Below, one piece after another: positions 10,101-16,354 of a stretch of 64,000 nucleotides of DNA (its first letter is position 1; each line of letters starts with the position of its first letter). Where the stretch lies: NCBI GenBank assembly GCA_035516255.1, contig DATJAL010000027.1, positions 65,312-129,311 of the forward strand, given 5' to 3'. The notes under the pieces were generated by a model, which worked only from the letters and a program-made list of their open reading frames with translations, ran no database searches and was not told the origin of the DNA. The stretch is from Chitinivibrionales bacterium. Its GTDB lineage: Bacteria > Fibrobacterota > Chitinivibrionia > Chitinivibrionales > FEN-1185. A program made the position numbers and the translations under genes.

Positions 10101-11977
10101 CGTACAAGGTCTATCATTCGCAGCAGCCGAACGTCTCCACAACAAGCACGCTCGACACCACCATCACCGATGTCTCGACGTCATACTGCACCGTAATCAA
10201 CCTGCAGCAGAACACCAAGTATTATTTCAAGGTTTTCACCGTTGACAAATTCCCCTCGACAACGCCAAGCAACGAGGTGAACGCCACCACCACGCAGGTC
10301 CCGCTGCCGATCGTCTACATCAGTTCGCCCAACCTGCAGCGGGATTCCAATCTTGTCAACAGCTCGCCCGTCGCCGTGTCGGGAACCGTGAGCACCCCGG
10401 CGACCGTCACAAGCATGTCGGCGCTGGTGAACGGCAACGCCGCCACCGTGAGCGGCACCTTCCCCAACTGGAACATTTCGGCGGCACTCAACGCCAACGT
10501 GTGGAACACCCTTCAAGTCAGCGCGACCGACAATTATTCAGGCACGGGGTCAAAAACATTCTGGCTCTTTTTGAAGCAGCCCCTCAACCAGCCGAACTAC
10601 GCGTCGGTGGACAGTTTCAACAACACCAACGTTTATTTGTCCTGGGCGCCCATCCAATACTGCACCAACTATACGATTTTCCGTTCGTCAATAAACAACA
10701 CCGGCCCCTGGACCATCGCCGCGCAAGGCCTTACCGGTCTCCACTATGCGGACACCGGGCTGACGCCGGGCACCCAGTACTGGTATGCGATGAAGGGATC
10801 CTATTCGTACCCGTCGGGCTTCGCCTCATCGGATTCCACGCCGCTGTCGTTGACCAATTATTCCCAAACCAAATTCTGGTTCCAGAAGCTTTACTTTCCG
10901 AACACGCCGGCATCCGAAGGCGCGAGCGTGGCCGCCGCCCAAAACGGTTATTTCGTATTCGGAACCATTCAGCCGCAGGCGGGCGGCCTGCACTTGCCTT
11001 TCTTCTGCAAACTCGACAGCATCGGAGACACCGTTTTCACCTATGCGTATTCGAGCGGGCTCTCCTGGTCCGCCGGCAAGATGGACGCCGCTGCCGACAA
11101 AAGCTTTGCGTATTGCGTGGGGTCCCTGTACAACGGCACGGTCTGGACGGCGCTCGTCATGAAGATGAGCGCCTCGGGAGGCGCGCTTTTCTCAAAAACA
11201 TATAACTGGGCGCAAGGCGTGCATGCGAACTGCGTCAGGGCATTGCCGGACGGAGGGTGCCTGGTGGGCGGTAAATCATCCAATGCAGGCGTTGACAATG
11301 TCTGCATTTTCAGGCTCGACGCATCCGGGACCCTTTTGTGGAGCAGATCATTCAACACGTACCAGACCGAAGCCTACGATCTTGTGGTGCTGGGCGACGG
11401 CACCGGGGCTGTGTATGCGGGACGTATCTGGAACTCCACCAGAATGGCCGCCGACATCGACCTGGGGAAAGTTTCCATGGCCGGCGACTCCCTGTGGGAA
11501 AAACGCATGCCGGCCACAAGCAGTTTCGACTGGTCCGCAGGTAGTATTATTCAGGCGTCGGATGGAAGCCTGGTGATCGCGGGAATGGCCCCGACGAGTT
11601 CCGGCGTGCCGCAAAACTACTTTTTGAAAACCGACGCGACTGGCGCGCAGGTGTGGTCAAATGTTTTTCCCGGGTATTCCACCGGCGCCGCCTCCCTTGC
11701 ATCGGTCAAGCAGACGTCGGACGGCGGTTACATAGCGGCCGGCTATGCCATGAACGTCGGCGGCCAACAGGCCTCTTTGATGAAATTGGCTTCCGATGGA
11801 AGTCAAACATGGCAGGTGAATTACGGACAATCCGGCGGCGATATTGGGCAATCGGTGGACATTGCCCCGGACGGCGGCTTTGTCGTATGCGGCACCAATG
11901 AAAGCAACGGCAACGGCGACAAACTATGGCTGATAAAGACCGATAAGAACGGCGGCTGCGTGATGCCCGGGCCGTAG
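7145..11977 (+). CDS. Giant secreted/surface protein: about 9-10 tandem Ig-like domains, 2 FN3 domains, C-terminal beta-propeller-like repeats
   Basis: 1610 aa with an N-terminal hydrophobic signal (FSIVVSAALACFLLLLFCG). Roughly 92-aa units repeat (..TPPxITLVSxxxxQ..VTATDANGI..VTINGDT...GxNxIxVxAxDxSxNxN..). FN3-like segments YKVYHSQQP...YYFKVFTVD and YTIFRSS...QYWYAMKG. The tail repeats D-G-G-[YF]-[IV]...G...D.WL.K.D..G. Confidence 0.85.
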   Translation: MVTKVKSRFSIVVSAALACFLLLLFCGRDSLFNKPESKPYGEVYPVLLFKKGASTIAVPPQVKSIRMQVMGAEIDTSITVPDSAHKAQITRVPVGVVVVTVEGLDSAGQVFDSGSVSVTIEANVVAQPQIELLSTHPIVLTFISPKNNDTLANTSATLSGTIDADYGLITFKMGTSEITVTGDQWSRNVDLVSGTNTFAFVAVDNKGNTLRDTLTLVNSASAHDVTGPVIALLQPADSSKVPVTPVTILGTATDPSGVLAVQVNRQTATLSGSSFSINQDLVPGKNTIIITAIDNSPSQNKSSDTFTVTLDTTVKDTVGPVFTVATPRNGDTVATATVMISGTTADISGVASLLVNGVAATIVNNTWSVSVPVAAGPNKLLITATDASPQHNVSRDSIAIVYNAAAQDKTLPSVAITSPSINTVVSNPLNITVTGTASDPAGIASVKVNGFSAAYTSGTWSAVISLSHPGSNAVWAVATDGAGNKDSTSINLIYDSTAADVIPPAITLVSHTTGQTVSVSPVLIQVTATDANGINWVTINGDTAVLNAGKYEKSITLATGVNQIKVLAQDKSTNRNIDTLKFTLTYDPTAADTVPPKITLVSHTNNQVVSSRNALIQVTATDANGIAWVTIMGDTAVLTAGNYQRNEVLVNGTNTIKVVAQDASSNHNKDTLVFTLVCDTTAADNTPPTITFVSPQPGQKLSAQPVLVQVTVSDQSGVALVTIGGDTVSSTNANYQHPVHLTQGSNTITVTAQDASPNHNKALQNLTVTYDSTLTDSTPPKISLVSLADSQVMSVKTVTVRLTATDANGISLVTLNGDTLQLSSNMYSETRTLAPGANAFKAYAIDASSNHNRAVLNFTLFYDSTAADTTPPTIALASPASAVNVSTATVSATITDASGISLVTINGVTVSPSGSNYSWSMPCTAGTNHILIVATDASTRKNQATLRTTFTYDPPPDAAVLATPTIFSYNSVHLTWSVSADNDFASYKVYHSQQPNVSTTSTLDTTITDVSTSYCTVINLQQNTKYYFKVFTVDKFPSTTPSNEVNATTTQVPLPIVYISSPNLQRDSNLVNSSPVAVSGTVSTPATVTSMSALVNGNAATVSGTFPNWNISAALNANVWNTLQVSATDNYSGTGSKTFWLFLKQPLNQPNYASVDSFNNTNVYLSWAPIQYCTNYTIFRSSINNTGPWTIAAQGLTGLHYADTGLTPGTQYWYAMKGSYSYPSGFASSDSTPLSLTNYSQTKFWFQKLYFPNTPASEGASVAAAQNGYFVFGTIQPQAGGLHLPFFCKLDSIGDTVFTYAYSSGLSWSAGKMDAAADKSFAYCVGSLYNGTVWTALVMKMSASGGALFSKTYNWAQGVHANCVRALPDGGCLVGGKSSNAGVDNVCIFRLDASGTLLWSRSFNTYQTEAYDLVVLGDGTGAVYAGRIWNSTRMAADIDLGKVSMAGDSLWEKRMPATSSFDWSAGSIIQASDGSLVIAGMAPTSSGVPQNYFLKTDATGAQVWSNVFPGYSTGAASLASVKQTSDGGYIAAGYAMNVGGQQASLMKLASDGSQTWQVNYGQSGGDIGQSVDIAPDGGFVVCGTNESNGNGDKLWLIKTDKNGGCVMPGP
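7553..10005 (+). repeat. Coding tandem array of Ig-like domain units (about 276-285 bp period)
   Basis: The five best-conserved units (about 8625-10005) begin D[ST]TAAD..PP.I.L.S. Four more divergent units lie upstream. Protein-domain repeats, not CRISPR. Confidence 0.7.
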
Positions 11978-12004
11978 CGGTCGACATTTTGGGCCGATGC
12001 ATCC

Positions 12005-12037
12005 AAAAATCCCCCGCTTGTCAAGGGGGATTTTTTT
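12005..12037 (+). terminator. Rho-independent terminator after the giant-protein gene
   Basis: AAAAATCCCCC (12005-12015), loop gcttgtcaa, GGGGGATTTTT (12025-12035), followed by a T-run. Confidence 0.7.
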
Positions 12038-12235
12038 ATTACGTTTTCAAGTGGAAAATGCGAAAAGAACAACCTCCCTTGGAAACCCCATGATTTCTCA
12101 TGCAGACAAATACTGTTTTTAATTGCTTCCATTGATAAATTGTACTAAATTCCATACGGTAGCTTTATGGAAATCGCCCGGTCCGCACCGCTCTCGCAAT
12201 CCGCAGTGTTGAATATTCGATGTAAGGAGTGTTGT

Positions 12236-14047
12236 ATGAAACCAGCCGCATTACTGCTTCCGGTTTTGCTTTTTTCCTTCCTGTTCCTGCAGTGTTCCGG
12301 AAACGGGGAAAACGCCAAGAAACCGCCCCAGCCTTCCCAGCTTTCGGTGACCCAGCCAACGGCCAACGGCGCAACGCTCGTGTGGAAGCCGGGCGCAGAC
12401 AGCCTTAATATCACCAGCTACCGGCTGGTGTTCTCGCACCAGAGCGGCGTTGACAGCCTCGACACCGTTGTTGTGGCCACGGCCGGGACGGGCCGCAGCT
12501 TCACCCTGTGCAACCTGCTGCCGGGCTCCACGCTTTATTTCAAGGTGTACGGCGTGGATGAAAACGGGCTGATGACCGGCTCCAACGAGGTACCGGTCAC
12601 CATCCCCGACGCATCGCCGCACATCACCGTGTCTGCGCTCTCGTCCGGAAGTCAGATCGACAACGACAACGACGGCTATGCGAGCTCATACACGCTGTCC
12701 TATACGCTGCAGAACACGCGCCAGGACACGGGCACCGTCATCTGCCGGGTGTATTACCTTCCGTCGGCGGCGACGGCGTGGACGGCCTTTCACGCCGACA
12801 CCGTCTCCTTTACAGCCGCGAAAGCCGAGACCACGCTTTCGCACATCACCGGCGCCGACCTGCGCGACAGCGTCGCGGTCCGCGCATCGGTCTTCAACCA
12901 GGCCGGCACGCTCCTTTCTTCCCGGATCCTCACCGGCATCCGCGAGGAGTCCAACGCCGACGACGGCATCGTGCGGCAGCAGTTCACCATCAAGATGTCC
13001 CTCAAGGACAGCGTCGATTTCAACAAAAACGGGTACCTGAGCAATTATTCCATTCTGTACGACGTCGATGTGTCGAGCGGCACCAGCCAGGTGGTCGTGC
13101 GGCTTTACAGCCGGCAAAACGGCACCACGGCATGGAAACAGTTCCTCCGCGACACCATTACCGTGACCGGCGTCAGCACGTCGGACCGCGTCTCCGAAAC
13201 CATAGGGGCGGACCAGCACGAGACGGTGGACATCCTCGCACGCGTCACGGACCTTTCCGGCCGCCCGGTGGCGTCCGATTCGATCCTCGGCGTCAGGGAG
13301 GAGAGCCGGGACGACGACCGCGTCTACCGCCTCGCCTATGCGGTCATCGACAGCGTTTACGACGGCGACCAGGACCACTACTACAGCCAGTACCGCCTGA
13401 AATTCGGGGCCGACATGAGCTGGGGCAGCGACTCGGCGTATGCGGTGGTCATCCATCACGGGCCCGCGCTTGCGACGGACTCGATCGTGTACCAGAGCCC
13501 GCTCTTCCCCATCAGCAATTCGCTGCCCGCGGAGACGAACCCGCATTACGTGATGCTGACCGGGCTCGAAGCCGGTGCCACCGCCACGATCACCCTCAAG
13601 GTGTTCCGCGCGGGCGGCATCCTGATCGACACGGCGGTGTTCTCCGTGCCGGATGAAACGCCGGCGGACGACGTCCCGGTGATCTTCACCGCAACCATGG
13701 CGCTTACCGCACATGTCGATGGCAACAACAACGGCTGTTACAGCTCGTGGACACTCAACTCATGCGTGTCGGTGAACACGGGCGGCACGCAGACCGTCAC
13801 CGCCACCTTTTATTACCGGCTCAGCACCGGCACCCAGTGGTTCCCGCTTAACAACACGGCAAACGGCACCAGCACCATTTCCTACACGGTTTCTCCCGGC
13901 GCCGCCGTCTGCCATCCGTTTACCGGCACGTACAATACCGGTCCGTGCCGCACCTTTGACGTTCAAATGACGGTCACCAAGGGCGGTTCCGTGGTGGCGC
14001 AAACCTATTATTACGGACTGAAGGACGAATACTTTATTTATGACTGA
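12236..14047 (+). CDS. Lipoprotein with N-terminal FN3 domain and four ~117-aa repeats, each opening with a DxDxDG-like loop
   Basis: The ATG at 12236 has AAGGAG 7 nt upstream and gives MKPAALLLPVLLFSFLFLQCSG (lipobox LQC); the track start at 12167 is less likely. Repeats open with DNDNDGYASSY, DFNKNGYLSNY, DGDQDHYYSQY and DGNNNGCYSSW at about 352-nt spacing. Confidence 0.75.
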   Translation: MKPAALLLPVLLFSFLFLQCSGNGENAKKPPQPSQLSVTQPTANGATLVWKPGADSLNITSYRLVFSHQSGVDSLDTVVVATAGTGRSFTLCNLLPGSTLYFKVYGVDENGLMTGSNEVPVTIPDASPHITVSALSSGSQIDNDNDGYASSYTLSYTLQNTRQDTGTVICRVYYLPSAATAWTAFHADTVSFTAAKAETTLSHITGADLRDSVAVRASVFNQAGTLLSSRILTGIREESNADDGIVRQQFTIKMSLKDSVDFNKNGYLSNYSILYDVDVSSGTSQVVVRLYSRQNGTTAWKQFLRDTITVTGVSTSDRVSETIGADQHETVDILARVTDLSGRPVASDSILGVREESRDDDRVYRLAYAVIDSVYDGDQDHYYSQYRLKFGADMSWGSDSAYAVVIHHGPALATDSIVYQSPLFPISNSLPAETNPHYVMLTGLEAGATATITLKVFRAGGILIDTAVFSVPDETPADDVPVIFTATMALTAHVDGNNNGCYSSWTLNSCVSVNTGGTQTVTATFYYRLSTGTQWFPLNNTANGTSTISYTVSPGAAVCHPFTGTYNTGPCRTFDVQMTVTKGGSVVAQTYYYGLKDEYFIYD

Positions 14048-14070
14048 TCACCCGAATCGGATGATGATGC

Positions 14071-15483
14071 ATGCCTGAGTCGGCCTATAACATTTCCCGG
14101 AAAAACGGCGGAGCATTGACGCTCACGTCCGAATGTCACTGCGTCCGTGTTCCGCACAAGCCGGACCAATGGCTGCTGTATTTCCCGCTCAAGTCGCTGT
14201 TCTTTAAAGTAAACAAGACCGCCGCGGAAGTCATCGGGCGGCTCAAGGCGGGCAGAAACGGTTTTTCCCCGAAAGAAAGATCGTTTATCTCCCTGCTGAA
14301 AGGCGCCGGCCTGGTTAACGGGGCAGGCGACAAAACGCCCTACACCGGCCTTCAGGTCTCCAAACCCGCGCCGTACCGCACCCAACTGCTGCTCACCCAT
14401 GACTGTTCCCTTGCCTGCCTGTACTGCTACAGCGGCGCCATACGCAGCCGCAGCCGCATGTCCTTCGCGCATGCCCGCGCCGCGGTGGATCTCGTGATCC
14501 GCAATGCATTGGCGGCTCATCAGCGCAGCATTGACATCGGGTTCCACGGCGGCGGCGAGCCGACCGCGAACTGGAAGGTGCTTACAAAAACGGTCGAGTA
14601 TGCCCGCAGGCGGTGCGCGGAAGTAAAGCTGGGATGCAGCTTCTCGCTGTGCACCAACATGCTGCTCCCTGTTGTCAAGGCCGACTGGATCGCGCGCAAC
14701 ATCGGCAGCGTCACCATATCCATCGACGGCACGCCCGCGATCCAGAACCGGCAGCGGCCCACCAGGAGCGGCGGGCCTTCCTACACGGTCGTGGCCAGGG
14801 CCATCGACCGGCTCACGCGGCTGAAAAAGCCGTATGGATTCCGCGTGACCGTCACGGGCATCTCGGAAAACAAGATTGAAGCGATATACCGCCACCTCAC
14901 CACACGGTTCAGGCCCAACAGCATCTGCTTCGAGCCGCTCTTCGTGTGCGGAAAGCGGCCCACCGAATCCTGCCGCCGCCCGGGCGCCGGCGCGTTTATC
15001 AACGGCATCAAGGCGGTTTCGCGGCTTGCGCAAAAGCAAAGGATCGGCATCCAGTATTCGGGCGGCCGGCTCGCCTACATGGGCAATGCCTTTTGCGGCG
15101 CGGCGGGCGACAATTTTTTCATCACCCCGCAGGGCGACGTCACGTCGTGCCTCGAGGTCTCGTCGCGTCGCGACAAGCGCTCGCGCCTGTTCTTCTACGG
15201 TTCATTCAATGCCAAAAAGAAATCCTTTGATTTCAACTTGGCCAAGTACCGGCGGCTCAAGTCGCTGCGCATGGAGCGGTTCGAGCCGTGCTCGGCGTGC
15301 TTCGCGCGCTGGCACTGCGCCGGCGACTGCCTGGCCAAGAAACCCGATTTTGACAATATCACAAAACTCGCCAACGATTACCGTTGCGGCATCAACCGCG
15401 AGCTCACGCTCCACCAGCTGCTGCGGCAGCTTGATTTTAAGGAACGGAGCGTGCAAAGGAGGCACTGTGGAGAAAAGAAGTAG
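14071..15483 (+). CDS. Radical SAM/SPASM-domain peptide/protein-modifying enzyme
   Basis: 470 aa. CSLACLYC (CX3CX2C) followed by GGGEPTANW. Full SPASM pattern: CGAAGDNFFITPQGDVTSC (CX13GX4C), CSACFARWHCAGDC (CX2CX5CX3C), then a later Cys (YRCG). The N-terminal ~100 aa (LFFKVNKTAAEVIGRLKAG...) resembles a PqqD/RRE-type leader-binding segment. Confidence 0.9.
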   Translation: MPESAYNISRKNGGALTLTSECHCVRVPHKPDQWLLYFPLKSLFFKVNKTAAEVIGRLKAGRNGFSPKERSFISLLKGAGLVNGAGDKTPYTGLQVSKPAPYRTQLLLTHDCSLACLYCYSGAIRSRSRMSFAHARAAVDLVIRNALAAHQRSIDIGFHGGGEPTANWKVLTKTVEYARRRCAEVKLGCSFSLCTNMLLPVVKADWIARNIGSVTISIDGTPAIQNRQRPTRSGGPSYTVVARAIDRLTRLKKPYGFRVTVTGISENKIEAIYRHLTTRFRPNSICFEPLFVCGKRPTESCRRPGAGAFINGIKAVSRLAQKQRIGIQYSGGRLAYMGNAFCGAAGDNFFITPQGDVTSCLEVSSRRDKRSRLFFYGSFNAKKKSFDFNLAKYRRLKSLRMERFEPCSACFARWHCAGDCLAKKPDFDNITKLANDYRCGINRELTLHQLLRQLDFKERSVQRRHCGEKK

Positions 15484-16063
15484 AAAACAACCCGAAGGTC
15501 CGAAGATCCTCGCCGTGAGCGATCTTTTCCATCTTGAAACCCGCCAGCGTCTCGGACTCGTCAACGCCGCGGAAGTCACCAGGCGGCGCGCGTTCCTCAA
15601 GAAAATGCTCGGCGGCGCGGCCCTGCTTGCCTTTCCGTCAATCGGCACTCCCATGATCACCGGCCCGTCCGGCGTGCGCACTATCGCCTCGACAAAGGAC
15701 GTTCCGGGCCAGACCCTCTGCTGCACCTGCGACACCGACCTCCAATGCAAGTGCCAGACCCACGTCCCCTGCACCTGCCAGTCCGATGCGCCCGCCTGCA
15801 CGTGCGACGCGGACATGGGGTGCAAGTGCCAGGCATACGCCGGCACGTGCGCGAGCTACGGCTCGTTCCAGCCGTGCAGCTGCAACGCCTACAGCGCGGC
15901 GGTCTGCTCGGCCCACAGCACCTGCACGTGCCAGAACCAGTGCGCGTGCCAGAACTACAACCCGTGCGCCTGCGATCCGCAATGCACCTGCCAGAGCAAT
16001 TGCGGCTGCGACGGCCAATGCATGTGCGAGATCCAGTGCGCGTGCCAGTTGTACGGGGTTTGA
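15467..16063 (+). CDS. Tat-signal, extremely Cys-rich CxC[Q/D/N/E]-repeat protein (putative substrate/precursor)
   Basis: This is the in-frame 3' part of track ORF 14876..16063, whose first ~590 nt merely overlap the rSAM gene out of frame. GTG at 15467 lies 4 nt after AGGAGG (15457-15462). Twin-arginine motif TRRRAFLKK (RRR at 15581-15589), then h-region MLGGAALLAF. The last 114 aa (15719-16060) hold 29 Cys in 13 CxC units. Alternative starts: GTG 15515, or ATG 15605, which would delete the RR motif. Confidence 0.7.
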   Translation: MEKRSRKQPEGPKILAVSDLFHLETRQRLGLVNAAEVTRRRAFLKKMLGGAALLAFPSIGTPMITGPSGVRTIASTKDVPGQTLCCTCDTDLQCKCQTHVPCTCQSDAPACTCDADMGCKCQAYAGTCASYGSFQPCSCNAYSAAVCSAHSTCTCQNQCACQNYNPCACDPQCTCQSNCGCDGQCMCEIQCACQLYGV

Positions 16064-16094
16064 ACTACTAACTAAAATTAAATTATAAAAATCT

Positions 16095-16246
16095 GGGCGT
16101 TCCCCCACCTCGCACACCCGTGCGAGGTGGGGTCGGTTCTCCTTCCGGTCTCGCCTTCGGCTCGGGCTGCCACGGCCCCTATATGCCTGACGGCGAGGGC
16201 CGGGCAGCACCGCACTCCAGCGCGGCCTCCAGTCGCCCCTAACGCG
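16095..16246 (+). repeat. Core intergenic repeat element (forward copy)
   Basis: GGGCGTTCC (16095-16103), perfect 12-bp hairpin CCCACCTCGCAC/GTGCGAGGTGGG (16104-16131), then TCGGTTCTCCTTCCGGTCTCGCCTTCGGCTCGGGCTGCCACGG...GGCCTCCAGTCGCCCCTAACGCG. Lies 32 nt after the Cys-rich gene stop. Confidence 0.8.
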
Positions 16247-16354
16247 CGGGACATAATTTCTTTTCAGTCAAGACATCCTATCGCGCCACTTGGCAATGCG
16301 TTTCCCTATAAATCTTAAGAATATTTCTATTGAATCCGGATATATTTTTCCCTC

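Noticed and set aside
14071-15483. The idea that the rSAM/SPASM enzyme is an anaerobic sulfatase-maturing enzyme working with the FGE-domain giant protein at 36559..41031
   Set aside because: No sulfatase gene (C/S-x-P/A-x-R motif protein) is present. The two loci are 21 kb apart on opposite strands. The rSAM gene is translationally coupled to a Cys-rich Tat protein, which is the more parsimonious substrate.
14876-16063. Track ORF of 395 aa taken as a single gene
   Set aside because: Its first ~197 codons overlap the radical SAM gene out of frame and read as an RS/A-rich shadow. Only the part from GTG 15467 (with AGGAGG upstream and a Tat motif) is credible.
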